Shown here: positions 204,144 through 215,217 of the stretch, piece by piece
Numbering within the stretch: position 1 is the stretch's first letter
Layout of the letters: every line of letters begins with the position of its first letter
Source: Hyalangium minutum
GTDB lineage: Bacteria; Myxococcota; Myxococcia; Myxococcales; Myxococcaceae
DNA length: 248,000 bases
Assembly: GCF_000737315.1 (NCBI RefSeq)
Contig: NZ_JMCB01000006.1
Coordinates: 20,001-268,000 of the forward strand
Direction of reading: 5' to 3'
Made by a program: the position numbers and the translations under genes
The notes under the pieces: model-generated
The model's input: only the letters and a program-made list of their open reading frames with translations
What the model was told of the DNA's origin: nothing
Database searches by the model: none

Positions 204144-206615
204144 TCAGGCCTCCTTGGCCGGAGCGGTGGGGCCGTGCTTGCGCCGCCAGCGCTCCACCAG
204201 CAGCAGCAGCGAAGGGAAGCCCAGCAGCACGATGAGAATGTTCACGCCGAACCCCAGGTTCGCCACGTTGCCGATCGAGTTGAGCCCCGGGTGCTGAGCA
204301 ATGGCCAACGCCAGGAAGCCGATGGCGCTCGTCAGCAGACCGCCCGTGATGGCCCGGCCCGTCTCCGCGTACACGGAGATGAAGTCACTGTCCGGCTCGG
204401 ACAACCGTTGGATGAGGTGCACGCCCGCGTCCACTGTCGTGCCCACCAGCACCGGCAGCACCACCAGGTTCAGGTAGTTGAACTGAATGCCCAGGATGGC
204501 CATCAGCCCCACCAGCCCCGCCACCGACAACAGCGTGGGCAACATGCAGATCAGCGCCGTGCGCAGCTTGCCCAACGTCACCCACATGGCCACCAGCACC
204601 GAGAGCACCGCCGCCGCCAGAATGCGCGGCCCCTCCTGCGCCACCATGTCCAGGATGTCCGCCACGATCAGCGCCTCGCCCGCCGCCGACACCTGCGAGC
204701 CGTCCGGCAGCTTCATCCCGCGCACCTCCTTGGTGAAGCGCCGCGTCCCGTAGCCATCCGCCAGGTTGATGGATGCGTACACCAGCACCACGCCGCTCCG
204801 GTTCCCATCCAGCCCCTCCAGCTCGTGCCGCATCGCCTCGGGCAGGTCCTTCTGACCGAAGGTCTGCGCCTGCGTCATCTTCAGGTACGTGGGCCAGTGA
204901 GCCTGCACGTCCTTGGGCAGCCGCTCCGGATCCAGCTTCGCCAGCTTGTCGTGGATGGCGTGCAGGACCGCCGCCTTCTCCTCCTGCTTGTCCGGCACCA
205001 GGTCCTCCTGCGAGCGGACGAAGTCGATGGTGGAGTCCTTGCCCTTCTGCGCCTTGCGCTCCTTGAGCTGGCGCACCACCTCGCGCTCCATCGTCGGCGA
205101 GTCCGTGACGACCACCACCGGAGACTGCGAGTGGCCCAGAATCTTGTCCATGCGCCGGTCCAGCCGCACGGACGGCAGCTCCATCGACTCCAGCTTGGAG
205201 CCGTCGTAGTTGAAGCTGACGTTCCACGCCTGGCTGATCAGCGCCACCAGCCCCACGCCCACCACGATGGCCACTCCGCGGTAGCTGCGCGGCAGCCACC
205301 GGGCCAGCATGGCCATCGGACCGGCCGAGCCCACGTGCTCGCGCGGCGTCCAGCCCCACTTCGCCGCCAGCCCCAGCAGCGCCGGGAGGATGAGCACGTA
205401 CGAGGCGATGCTCACCAGCATGCCCACCGCCGCGATGATGCCGAACTCGTGGAACGCGGCGAACTCGGAGATGGACAGGCTCAGGAACGTGAGCGCCGCC
205501 ACCACCGCGGAGATGAGCGCGGAGAAGCCCGTGTGACTGAAGGCCTCGCGCACCGCCTCCAGCGAGTCCTTCCCCTCCGAGCGCAGCGTCGTGTACCGCC
205601 CCAGGAGGTGGATGCCGTGCTCCACGCCCAGGCCGCCCAGCACCGCGCCCAGGAAGCCGGTGAGCAGGTTCACCTGCCCGTAGAACAGGCCCACGAAGCC
205701 GTATGTCCACGCCAGGCCTCCCAGCACCGGCAGCACCGCGAAGGCCACGCTCAGCACGCTGCGGAAGTGGAACCCCAGGTAGAGCAGCAGCAGCACCAGC
205801 GCGATGCTCGAGGCCTGCGCCAAGTCGTTGGTGATCAGCGCCTGGTGGTCAATCTTCTTCTTGAAGGTGCCCGACAAGGCCGTCTGGAAGCCGGGCCCAT
205901 ACTTGGACAAGTCCTGCTGCTTCAGGAACTCGTCCACTTGGGACACCACCTTCTTGGCGTAGCCCAGGTCGGCGCTGTTGCCCTTCGGCTTGAGCATCAG
206001 CACCACCATCTTCTCCTCCGGATCCAGGTAGTACGGATCCTTCGCCACCGCCTGCTCCTCGCTGCCGCGGCGCAGGAAGAGCTTCTGTTCCAGCTTGTGC
206101 TTGAAGTCCTCGAAGCCAATGGAGGGCGGAGGCGCATCCTCCAGCTCGACGAAGAGCGGGTTGGCCCGCTGCTTCTCCCAGGTGATGCGATCGTCGAGCT
206201 GCTTCTGGAGCCCTTGCAGGTCCTCCAGCTCCGCGTAGTACAGCACGCGCTCCTCGAAGAAGGCGTCCGAGCGCTTGTAGTTGACGTAGCGGACCTCGGA
206301 GAGCTGGCCCAGCTTGGGAGCCATGTCGTCGGCGAACTGCTTGAGCTTGTCAGCGTCCGCGTTCATGCCCACGACGACCAGGTAGCCCTGCCCGCCGAAG
206401 CGCTTCTTCAGCTTCTCCAGGTCCTGCACGCTGGGGAAGGACTTGGGCAGCAAGCCCACCAGGTCAGAGCTCAGGGAGAGCTTCCGCGCGAAGAAGCCGC
206501 CCACCACCACCAACAACGCCGCCAGGGCCAGCGCCTGCCAGGGCTTGCGATGGTTGCGCGCCGCCAGCGCGCCCATCAACTTCTCCATCCGCTGCCCCAA
206601 CCCGATCTCGCTCAT
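204144..206615 (-). CDS. MMPL/RND family transporter
   Basis: GLGVEHGIH, GTTVDAGVH, TSAIGF. Confidence 0.85.
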   Translation of the reverse strand: MSEIGLGQRMEKLMGALAARNHRKPWQALALAALLVVVGGFFARKLSLSSDLVGLLPKSFPSVQDLEKLKKRFGGQGYLVVVGMNADADKLKQFADDMAPKLGQLSEVRYVNYKRSDAFFEERVLYYAELEDLQGLQKQLDDRITWEKQRANPLFVELEDAPPPSIGFEDFKHKLEQKLFLRRGSEEQAVAKDPYYLDPEEKMVVLMLKPKGNSADLGYAKKVVSQVDEFLKQQDLSKYGPGFQTALSGTFKKKIDHQALITNDLAQASSIALVLLLLYLGFHFRSVLSVAFAVLPVLGGLAWTYGFVGLFYGQVNLLTGFLGAVLGGLGVEHGIHLLGRYTTLRSEGKDSLEAVREAFSHTGFSALISAVVAALTFLSLSISEFAAFHEFGIIAAVGMLVSIASYVLILPALLGLAAKWGWTPREHVGSAGPMAMLARWLPRSYRGVAIVVGVGLVALISQAWNVSFNYDGSKLESMELPSVRLDRRMDKILGHSQSPVVVVTDSPTMEREVVRQLKERKAQKGKDSTIDFVRSQEDLVPDKQEEKAAVLHAIHDKLAKLDPERLPKDVQAHWPTYLKMTQAQTFGQKDLPEAMRHELEGLDGNRSGVVLVYASINLADGYGTRRFTKEVRGMKLPDGSQVSAAGEALIVADILDMVAQEGPRILAAAVLSVLVAMWVTLGKLRTALICMLPTLLSVAGLVGLMAILGIQFNYLNLVVLPVLVGTTVDAGVHLIQRLSEPDSDFISVYAETGRAITGGLLTSAIGFLALAIAQHPGLNSIGNVANLGFGVNILIVLLGFPSLLLLVERWRRKHGPTAPAKEA

Positions 206616-206788
206616 GTGTGTCTGCTCTTCTGTCCGAAAGTCCGCGATTGCAGCCGCCCACCATGGCGAGGGCCCTGACCGGAGTCAATGAATCGCCGGG
206701 GGGCGGCCAGGCAGGCAGGGGGTGCTCAGGCACCCCGGGCCAAGTCCCCTGACAGACCCCCAAGAGACATGGTTTCTTCCCGGCCGCC

Positions 206789-208477
206789 ATGCTGAAGCCA
206801 CGTCGCAAGCGCTGGCCCTGGTTGCTCGCTGGGCTGGTCGTCCTGGGAGTTACCTACATGCTGCGCCCTGCTCCCCCCAAGGGACGCCCTGCGGATCCTC
206901 CGTATCTCACCTTCTTCCTGGTGGATGGCCTGTCCCAGGAGGTGTTCCAGCGGGAGTTGGAAGCCGGGCGCCTGCCAAACTTCTCCCGGCTCATCTCCGA
207001 GGGCCTCTATGTGGAGGACGGCATCGCTGCCTTCCCGAGCATGACGGGCTACGGCTTCTACCCCTTCATCACCGGGCAGGATGCGGTGCGCAGCGGCGTG
207101 CTGGGCCTGCGCTGGTTCCGGCGCGAGGCCCCCGAGGGCAACTTCCGCGCCTACGTGGGCCGCACCAACGTGATGATGAACGAGGACTTCGCCGCCGAGC
207201 CTCGCACGCTCTTCGAGTGCTTCCCGGGGCAGCACAGCTTCTCGGTGAACAGCTACGCCAACCGCGGCGTGGTGCGGAACGAGAAGCTCGGCTGGGGCTT
207301 CAGCATGGCCAAGTACCAGGAGAAGTACCCGCTCATCCGGTTCCTGGGGGGCACGCCGTGGCTGGGGCCTCGCTTCATCCCGGACTGGTACGGCGCCGAG
207401 ACGCAGGTGCTGGAGCTGGCGCTGGAGGACCTGGCCGACAAGCCCAAGGTGCAGTGGGTCACCTTCGCCAGCCCGGACGGCCGCAACCACATCGTCGGCA
207501 CGGACGACACGTACGTGAAGCTGGTGCGCCATATCGACTCGCTCATCGGCCGTTACCGCGAGGAGAGCCAGCGCCTAGGCCAGGAGGAGCACCGCCTGTA
207601 CGCCGTCATCTCGGACCACGGCGTCACCGACGTGCACAAGAACGTGGATCTGCGGGTGGCGCTGGGCACGGCGGGGCTGCGCGCCTGGCGCGGCGAGGCC
207701 ACCCACCTGCGCCAGAGCCGCCTGAATGATCCGATCTCCACCTGGGCGGACACGGACGTCGTCCTCGCGGTGAACGGCAACACGATGAACTACGTGTACC
207801 TGCGCAACCCGGCCGCCCAGGGCGAGCAGGCGTGGCGCACGCAGCCCGCGCCGGGCACGGCCTTCCAGCTGCCTCCGCACCAGGGCGGCGCGCCCGTGGA
207901 CGTGGTGAAGGTGCTGCGCGAGGCAGAGGGCGTGGAGCTGGTGGTGACCCGCGCCGACGCCGCCGGACAGGTGCGCGTCTTCTCGCGCACGGGCGAGGGC
208001 CGCATCACCCCGAGTGAGGGTGGGCTCTCCTACTCCTGCGAGGGCGAGGATCCCCTGGGCTACGCGCAAGGCGAGGCCAGCCGGGTGCTGTGCGACGGCC
208101 GTCCGCGCTCGGATCGCGACTGGCTGAAGGCCACCCACGCCCTGGGCTTTCCGGACGCGGTGGTGCGGCTACACCGGCTGATGTCGGCGCCGGACGTGGC
208201 GGACCTCGTGGTGACGGCGGCGCTCGGTTACGACTTGGCGGCCGACTACGAGCTGGTGGTGGGCAACTACCGGGGCGGCCACGGAGGCCTGCGCGCGGAT
208301 CAGCTCCGCGTGCCGTACATCCTCTCTGGCCCTGGAGTGCCGATGGGCCAGCGACTGGCCACGGCCCGGGCCGAGGACATCGGGGCAACAGTGCTGCGCC
208401 TGGCCGGCTGCCCGCCCGCCGAGCAGCGGGCCGGCGAGGATTTGATCCCGGCCGTGGCCACGCCCGCTCCCCCCTGA
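206789..208477 (+). CDS. Alkaline phosphatase/nucleotide pyrophosphatase family protein
   Basis: VDG, FPSMT, SDHG, GGHGG. Confidence 0.82.
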   Translation: MLKPRRKRWPWLLAGLVVLGVTYMLRPAPPKGRPADPPYLTFFLVDGLSQEVFQRELEAGRLPNFSRLISEGLYVEDGIAAFPSMTGYGFYPFITGQDAVRSGVLGLRWFRREAPEGNFRAYVGRTNVMMNEDFAAEPRTLFECFPGQHSFSVNSYANRGVVRNEKLGWGFSMAKYQEKYPLIRFLGGTPWLGPRFIPDWYGAETQVLELALEDLADKPKVQWVTFASPDGRNHIVGTDDTYVKLVRHIDSLIGRYREESQRLGQEEHRLYAVISDHGVTDVHKNVDLRVALGTAGLRAWRGEATHLRQSRLNDPISTWADTDVVLAVNGNTMNYVYLRNPAAQGEQAWRTQPAPGTAFQLPPHQGGAPVDVVKVLREAEGVELVVTRADAAGQVRVFSRTGEGRITPSEGGLSYSCEGEDPLGYAQGEASRVLCDGRPRSDRDWLKATHALGFPDAVVRLHRLMSAPDVADLVVTAALGYDLAADYELVVGNYRGGHGGLRADQLRVPYILSGPGVPMGQRLATARAEDIGATVLRLAGCPPAEQRAGEDLIPAVATPAPP

Positions 208478-208633
208478 GCAGGCGGACAGGCATTTCACCC
208501 TGTCCTCCAGGGCAGGGCATGGCCACCTTGCGGCCCGAAGGGACCCACGTTTCGTGGGCCCTCTGGAGGGGGATTCGCCCTCTTCCGTGGCGCCAGGAGG
208601 GCCTGGACACGGGGGATCAGGCGAGGCCGCGAT

Positions 208634-211153
208634 ATGGCTTCGGATCCGACAACGCCCGCCGGCTGGCGGGGACGTCTTGAGCAGCGCCTCGGCGGGCTGG
208701 CGGACTACAACTACCGCCACCCCTGGCTAGCGCTCGCCATTGCCCTGGCGCTGAGCGTGCTGGGGGTCTTCTTCGCGCGGGGACTGTCGCTTGATGCGAA
208801 CCTGGTGAGCCTGCTTCCCCAGTCCTTCCAGAGCGTGAAGGATCTGCAGGAGCTGGAGGAGCGCTTCGGCGGGCTCGGGTGGGTGGCCGTGGTAGGCGAG
208901 GGGGCGGACCCCGAAGCCCTGCGCCGCTTCGCGGACGATCTGGCGCCCCAGCTGGAGGCCTTGCCTGACATCCGCTTCGTGGAGTCGAAGCGCCCCGGGC
209001 CCTTCCTCCAGGAGCACGCGCTCTACTTCCTCTCCTTGGAGGATCTGCTGCAGGTGGAGCAGCGCATCGACGCGCGCCTCACGTACGAGAAGCAGCGCGC
209101 CAACCCGCTCTATGTCCCGCTGGTGGACGAGCCCGTGCCCTCGCTGGACTTCTCGGACCTGGAGGCGAAGTACGGCGCGGGCAGCGTGCGCAGGCTCTCG
209201 GGCCCCACGGGGGGAGAATACTATCTGGATCCGGTGGCGCGCCGTGTGGTGCTGCTGGCCAAGCCCGAGGGCATCTCCGCGGACCTGGACTTCTCCAAGC
209301 GCGTCGTCGGCGAGGTGGAGAAGCTGCTGGCCGCGCAGGACCTGTCCAAGTACGGGCCGGACTTCCACACGGCCATCACTGGTACCTTCCAGAAGAAGCT
209401 GGATCAACAGAAGCAGATCGGCCGGGACATCGCGGTGTCCTCGGCGGTGGCGGGCGTGCTGCTGCTGATCTACCTGCTGCTGCACTTCCGCAGCGCGCTC
209501 GCGGTGGCGGTGGTGCTGGCGCCGGTAGGCATGGGCCTGGCGTGGACGTACGGGCTGGTGGGCGTGGCGTACGGGCGGGTGAACCTGCTCACGGGCTTCC
209601 TGGGCGCCATCCTCGGAGGTCTCGGCATCGAGCACGGCATCCACCTGCTGGGGCGCTACCTCTATCTGCGCGGCCAGAAGTGGCAGGCGGAGGCGGCCAC
209701 GCGCGAGGCCTTCACGCACACGGGCAGCGCGGCGCTCACCTCGGCGCTCGTGGCGGCGCTCACCTTCTTCCTGCTGGGCACCTCGCACTTCCGCGCGTTC
209801 CGTGAGTTCGGCGTCATCGCCGGCTTCGGCATGCTGCTCATGGTGCTGGCCTACGTGCTGGTGCTGCCCGCGGTGCTGGGGCTGGCAGCGAAGCTGGGCT
209901 GGAAGCCCGGCCCGGGCGCCACGAAACACCAGCGCTCTCCGCTGGGCCGCCTGCTGGTGCGGCTGCACCGCCCCCTCACCGTGGTGTCGATGGTGGTCAT
210001 CGCCCTGCTGGTGGCGAACGTGGGCCGCGTGCGCTTCAACTACAACTTCGGCTCGCTGGCGGATCAGCACCTGCCCTCCTTCGTGCTGGACCGGCAGGTG
210101 ACGCAGCTGATTGGCTACTCGCAGTCTCCTCTGGTGATGCTGCCCCACAGCCCGGCGGAGGAGAGTGCCGTGGTGGAGGAACTGCACGCGAACCAGGCCC
210201 GTCTGGGCGAGCACTCCACGGTGGACTTCATCGCCTCGCTGGACACGCTGGTGCCGCGGGACCAGGTGAAGAAGCAGGAAGTGCTCCGCCGCCTCCAGAC
210301 CCTGCTGGAAGATGTGCCCGAGGGGCAGCTCGACGCCCAGCAACGCGAGCAGCTCGCGGAGCTGCGCCAGGCGACGCGGGCCGAGCCCTTCACCCTCGAG
210401 CAACTGCCTGCCTCCATGCGCCGGCCCTTCACGGACCTGAGCGGCCAGAGCCACTTCGTGCTGGTGTACCCGCGGGTGAGCCTGGATGACGGGCAGGGCA
210501 TCCGCGCCCTGGCCCGCGAGCTGCGCCAGGTGAAGACGCCCAGCGGCGGGCCCGTCGCCGTGGCGGGCGAGCCCATGGTGCTCGCGGACATCCTCAACAT
210601 GGTCACGCGCGAGTCGCCGTTCATTCTCATCGGCTCGCTGGTGGCGGTGCTGCTGGCCATGTGGGTGACTTTGGGGAGCCTGCGCCTGGCGCTGCTGTGC
210701 CTGACGCCCACCGTGGTGTCGCTGTTCGCGCTGGTGGGGCTGATGCCGCTGCTCAACGTGCAGTTCAACTACCTCAACATCCTCGTTATCCCCGTGCTCA
210801 TCGGGACGACCGTGGATGCGGGCGTCCACCTGCTCACGCAGCTCGTGTCACCGGAGAGCGACTTCGTCTCCGTCTACTCAGAGACGGGCCGCGCCATCAC
210901 GGGCGGTCTGCTGACGAGCGCCTTGGGCTTCGGCGCGCTCTTCCTCGCCGATCACCCGGGCCTCAACTCCATTGGCACGCTGGCCAACCTGGGCTTCGGC
211001 GTGAATCTGCTGGTGATGCTGGTGGCCTTCCCCGCGCTCCTGCTGCTGCTGTCCGAGCGGCGGCGGCGCAAGCGGCTCCAGCAGCAGGCCCATGCCCGGG
211101 ACGAGGCGCTCCCTCCCCCGGCCCGGCCGAGCGACGCTCCCTCGGCGAGCTGA
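208634..211153 (+). CDS. MMPL/RND family transporter (paralog)
   Basis: GLGIEHGIH, GTTVDAGVH. Confidence 0.85.
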   Translation: MASDPTTPAGWRGRLEQRLGGLADYNYRHPWLALAIALALSVLGVFFARGLSLDANLVSLLPQSFQSVKDLQELEERFGGLGWVAVVGEGADPEALRRFADDLAPQLEALPDIRFVESKRPGPFLQEHALYFLSLEDLLQVEQRIDARLTYEKQRANPLYVPLVDEPVPSLDFSDLEAKYGAGSVRRLSGPTGGEYYLDPVARRVVLLAKPEGISADLDFSKRVVGEVEKLLAAQDLSKYGPDFHTAITGTFQKKLDQQKQIGRDIAVSSAVAGVLLLIYLLLHFRSALAVAVVLAPVGMGLAWTYGLVGVAYGRVNLLTGFLGAILGGLGIEHGIHLLGRYLYLRGQKWQAEAATREAFTHTGSAALTSALVAALTFFLLGTSHFRAFREFGVIAGFGMLLMVLAYVLVLPAVLGLAAKLGWKPGPGATKHQRSPLGRLLVRLHRPLTVVSMVVIALLVANVGRVRFNYNFGSLADQHLPSFVLDRQVTQLIGYSQSPLVMLPHSPAEESAVVEELHANQARLGEHSTVDFIASLDTLVPRDQVKKQEVLRRLQTLLEDVPEGQLDAQQREQLAELRQATRAEPFTLEQLPASMRRPFTDLSGQSHFVLVYPRVSLDDGQGIRALARELRQVKTPSGGPVAVAGEPMVLADILNMVTRESPFILIGSLVAVLLAMWVTLGSLRLALLCLTPTVVSLFALVGLMPLLNVQFNYLNILVIPVLIGTTVDAGVHLLTQLVSPESDFVSVYSETGRAITGGLLTSALGFGALFLADHPGLNSIGTLANLGFGVNLLVMLVAFPALLLLLSERRRRKRLQQQAHARDEALPPPARPSDAPSAS

Positions 211154-211382
211154 TCCACACGCTTCAGATGGAAACGGGCCTCAGGGCGCGCTCCGGCGCA
211201 CCCCTGGGGCCCGCTTGCGTTTCACAGAGGTTTCGTCGAGCCCCGGCACGAATTGACAGGCCCATGGAGCCGCCGCCCGGAGAGCGTGCAGCCACTCGGG
211301 CGGTCCCTGCACGTGTGGGTCTTACTGCTCAGGTTCCCGGCCAGAAGCGACACGGACACGAACAGACAAAGGGAGAGACACC

Positions 211383-211865
211383 ATGAAGACCACGATGAAG
211401 TTCCTGGCCGCCGGTCTGCTCGCGAGCGCGCTGACCTTCGTTGGCTGCAAATCGAACTCTTCCGCCGAGCGCGCGAGTGAGCCCGCCACGGCACCCGCCA
211501 CGGACACGGGTACTGACACGGGTACGGGTACCAGCACGACTCCCCCTCCGGGCACGGGCGGCTCGGGCGACATCAGCAAGACGAAGCAGTCGGATGACAA
211601 CCTCCGCATGCCGGAGGAGGATCCGCTGCGCACCCCAGAGAGCGAGAGCATCCGCGACGCCGAGTCCGAGCCGGGCGTCCATGAAGGCAGCAAGGTGGAT
211701 CCAGGCATCGGCGGCTCCGGCTTCCCCGACGACTCGGCCATCGACGAGAACCTGAACCCGGGCGGCAACGTGGACGACACGCTGCGCACGCCGGGCTCGC
211801 CCGCGGACATCGTCCCCGATAACAACCTCAACAACGACAGCACGCTGCCCGAGAACACGCGCTAA
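211383..211865 (+). CDS. Low-complexity acidic lipoprotein
   Basis: RBS ggagaga; lipobox FVGC. Confidence 0.65.
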   Translation: MKTTMKFLAAGLLASALTFVGCKSNSSAERASEPATAPATDTGTDTGTGTSTTPPPGTGGSGDISKTKQSDDNLRMPEEDPLRTPESESIRDAESEPGVHEGSKVDPGIGGSGFPDDSAIDENLNPGGNVDDTLRTPGSPADIVPDNNLNNDSTLPENTR

Positions 211866-212062
211866 CCCGCGCCTCTCCGCGAGCAGCAGCCCCGGCAGCG
211901 CCCACGCACCCGCGTGGGCGTTGCCGTTTGGAGCGCGGGAGAACAGGTCACCTTCTCCCTCCCATCACCGCGAGGAGCATCACGCGCCGCATCAACGCCA
212001 CGCGTCACGGCCCAGGAGGCTCGACATGGCGGCGCAGGGTTGGTGAACCTGGAAGAACCCCC

Positions 212063-213778
212063 ATGAAACAGTACGAGAAGAAGTACGACGCCGACGGCCA
212101 CCCCTACCTCGAAACCTCGCTGCCGGGCCTTTTGCTCACGCGCCTGCCGCTGCTCAACAAGGGCACCTCCTTCACCTGGGAGGAGCGCAAGCAGTTCGGG
212201 CTGATGGGCGTGCTGCCCACCCACGTCTCCACGCTGGAGGAGCAGGTCGAGCGCTCCTACGCGAACTTCAAGAGCTTCCGCACGGACCTGGAGAAGCACG
212301 TCTTCCTGCGCGCGCTGCAGGACCGCAGCGAGGTGCTCTTCTACGCGCTCATCGATCGGCACATCGAGGAGATGATGCCCATCATCTACACCCCCACGGT
212401 GGCGCAGGCGGTGGAGCAGTTCAGCCGCATCTACCGCTACCCCCGCGGGCTGGTGGTGAACCCGGAGAACATCGGGCAGATCGACTCGCTCCTGGAGAAC
212501 ACGCCCTTCCCAGACGTGCAGCTCATCGTCGCCACGGACAACGAGGGCATCCTCGGCATTGGTGACCAGGGCTTCGGCGGCCTGGCCATCTGCATCGGCA
212601 AGCTGTCGCTCTACACGGCGGCGGCGGGCATCGACCCGGCGGTGACGCTGCCCGTGGAGCTGGACGTGGGCACGAACCGCAAGGACCTGCTGGAGGATCC
212701 GCTCTACCTGGGCGTGAAGCGGCCGCGCATGGAGGGCCAGGAGTACGACGACTTCATCCACCGCTTCGTCACCGCGCTCCAGCGCCGGTTCCCCAACGTG
212801 CTGCTGCAGTGGGAGGACTTCAGCAAGCAGAAGGCGTTCGACGTGCTGAGCCGGTACCAGGATGTGGTGCCCTCACTGAATGACGACATCCAGGGCACGG
212901 GCGCGGTGGTGCTGGCGGGACTGCTGGCGGCGGCGCGCACCAGCCAGCAGGACCTGAAGCAGCAGATGTTCCTCATCCACGGGGCGGGCGCGGGCGGCGT
213001 GGGCGTGGCGCGGCAGATCGCCCGGGGCCTGCAGCTGCAGGGGCTGACCCTGGATCAGGCGCGGCAGCGCATCTTCCTGATCGACTCCAAGGGCCTCATC
213101 CTGAAGGACCGCAAGGGGCTGGAGCCGTACAAGCTCGAGTTCGCCCACGAGCCAGCGCGGGTGGCGGGCTGGAAGCTGCAGAACGGCATCCCGAGCCTCC
213201 TGGAGACGGTGAAGGAGGCGAAGGTGACGGTGCTGCTGGGCCTGTCCGGGCAGCGCGGGGCGTTCGGCGAGGAGGTGGTGCGAGCGGTGGCGGCGAACAC
213301 GCCGTACCCGGTGGTGTTCGCGCTCTCCAACCCCACGGCGAACAGCGAGGCGGTGCCGGCGGACATCTACCGGTGGACGGAGGGCAAGGCGCTGGTGGCC
213401 ACGGGCAGCCCGTTCGACGACGTGATGTGGGACGGGGCGGCGCACCCGGTGGGCCAGGGCAACAACGCGTTCATCTTCCCAGGCCTCGGGCTCGGCGTGC
213501 TCGCGAGCCGGGCGCGTCGGGTGACGGATGGGATGCTGACCGCCGCGTCACTGGCGCTCTCCGAGTTCGTGGACAAGGGGCGGCTGGCGCAGGGCGGGCT
213601 CTACCCACGGATGGACAAGATCCACGTGGCGAGCAAGCAGGTGGCGGTAGCGGTCATCCGCCAGGCCCAGAAGGAGGGCGTGGCCGCGGAGCAACTGCCG
213701 GAGGATCTGGAGGCACACCTCGAGGCGCGCATGTGGCGCCCCGAGTTCCTCCCCATCCGCAAGGGCCGTGGCGGCTGA
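212063..213778 (+). CDS. maeA: NAD-dependent malic enzyme
   Basis: LNKGTSF, PIIYTPTV, TDNEGILGIGD, NDDIQGTG, GQGNN. Confidence 0.92.
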   Translation: MKQYEKKYDADGHPYLETSLPGLLLTRLPLLNKGTSFTWEERKQFGLMGVLPTHVSTLEEQVERSYANFKSFRTDLEKHVFLRALQDRSEVLFYALIDRHIEEMMPIIYTPTVAQAVEQFSRIYRYPRGLVVNPENIGQIDSLLENTPFPDVQLIVATDNEGILGIGDQGFGGLAICIGKLSLYTAAAGIDPAVTLPVELDVGTNRKDLLEDPLYLGVKRPRMEGQEYDDFIHRFVTALQRRFPNVLLQWEDFSKQKAFDVLSRYQDVVPSLNDDIQGTGAVVLAGLLAAARTSQQDLKQQMFLIHGAGAGGVGVARQIARGLQLQGLTLDQARQRIFLIDSKGLILKDRKGLEPYKLEFAHEPARVAGWKLQNGIPSLLETVKEAKVTVLLGLSGQRGAFGEEVVRAVAANTPYPVVFALSNPTANSEAVPADIYRWTEGKALVATGSPFDDVMWDGAAHPVGQGNNAFIFPGLGLGVLASRARRVTDGMLTAASLALSEFVDKGRLAQGGLYPRMDKIHVASKQVAVAVIRQAQKEGVAAEQLPEDLEAHLEARMWRPEFLPIRKGRGG

Positions 213779-213784
213779 GCCTCC

Positions 213785-213994
213785 TCAGCTCACCCCCACG
213801 CCCGGATAGGGAATGGACGAGGGCTGCGGCTCGATGACGCGGCCCTCGTGGTGATGGCCCGGCGTCTTCGCGGGGCCCTCAGAGGGCCGCATCGGTGGAA
213901 CGCTCGGGGCGCGCTCGTCGTCCTCCGTGTTCGCGGTGCGGCCCGGGTGCGGCTTCTCGGGGGTGGGAATGTGCAGCACGTCCTTCTTGCTCAT
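213785..213994 (-). CDS. Small Pro-rich hypothetical protein
   Basis: RBS ggagg upstream; 69 aa. Confidence 0.4.
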   Translation of the reverse strand: MSKKDVLHIPTPEKPHPGRTANTEDDERAPSVPPMRPSEGPAKTPGHHHEGRVIEPQPSSIPYPGVGVS

Positions 213995-214181
213995 GGCCAG
214001 CCTCCAGGTGCTCTTTCGTCTCCTCCAAAAGTGGTGAGCCCTCGGTTGGCCAGGTACCCTCTCCAGGAGAGCGCGGACGCCCCGCTTGCATGGCAGGCGG
214101 GAGAGCGCTCCATCCCTTGAAACGAAGACTCCCGCACGCCAGCGCCCAAAGGCACTGGCGCGCGGGAGAGGCGAGGGGCGC

Positions 214182-214991
214182 CTAGTACTTCTTCGTGTTG
214201 CCCGGATCCATCTTGTTCTGGGTGCCGATGTCCTGGGAACCCTTGTGGGTGTCACCCGCGCCGCCGGTCCCCGAGTCCATGGGCTTCATGCTGCCCGAGC
214301 CGCCCACGCCCGTGCCCGCGCCCGGACCGATCCGGCCGAGCAGCGTATAGGCCTGCTGCCGGTGCTGGGTGACAGGGGTGATCAGGTCCTGGAGCAGCGG
214401 GGTCAGCGAGGCGTCCGTCGTGCCCTGCTTGGCCGCCATCAGCTGGCCGAGCGCCTCGTCGTGGCCCCCCACCATGATCGCCAGGAAACACGAGTCGAAC
214501 GGGGTGCCCTTGAGCGCCTGGAGCTTCTCCATGTTGGCCTTGTGAGCCGCCATGGACTTGCGCTCCACGTCGTTCATCGGCTGGGGCTCGGCCAGCTTGA
214601 GGCCCTTCTGCTGCGCGTAGCTCATCACCTTCTGGTCCGCCGCGGTGTGGTCCTTCACCAGCGTCTCACCGTAGGACTTCACGTCCGGGCTCTGGGCGTT
214701 CTGCTGCGCCAGCTGGCCCAGCTTGATCTCCGCCTGGTTCACGTGGTGCAGCCGCTCGAGCATCGCCTTCTCGTCGGCTGGGATCATGAATCCCGTGTGC
214801 TCCAGCATGCCGTCTTTGGCCATGCTCTTGCCCTTCATCGCTTGGCCCTGGGGAATTCCCTGGCTGCCCCGGTTGACTCCCTGGCTGCCCGGGTTCACGC
214901 CCGGGGTGGCCTGGGTGGTGCTCTGAGCGAGCGCGGTACCACCCAGCACCAATGAACCAGCGAGGAGGAGTCCCTGAATCGTGCGCTTCAT
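214182..214991 (-). CDS. DUF4142 domain protein
   Basis: N.AEI.LG.LA, V..YG..LV.DH, FD..FL..MV..H. Confidence 0.82.
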   Translation of the reverse strand: MKRTIQGLLLAGSLVLGGTALAQSTTQATPGVNPGSQGVNRGSQGIPQGQAMKGKSMAKDGMLEHTGFMIPADEKAMLERLHHVNQAEIKLGQLAQQNAQSPDVKSYGETLVKDHTAADQKVMSYAQQKGLKLAEPQPMNDVERKSMAAHKANMEKLQALKGTPFDSCFLAIMVGGHDEALGQLMAAKQGTTDASLTPLLQDLITPVTQHRQQAYTLLGRIGPGAGTGVGGSGSMKPMDSGTGGAGDTHKGSQDIGTQNKMDPGNTKKY

Positions 214992-215217
214992 GTGCTGCTC
215001 TCCCTTCGTCGAGGAGCCGCTTGGGTGGGCCCCTCTACGGGTTCCCAACCTCGCGGCGGATGAAAAGCGGGCGCACCTTGGCCGTCCGGAGCGCCGAGGT
215101 CACCTCCTCGCCTGTCACGGACGTGCACCGCCGCACGTTGTGGCTCCCGGGGGTTCCTCCACTGGACGGTGCCACTGTCCTTCAGGAGGGAGAGCACCCG
215201 GGGTGCCCGGGCCAGCC

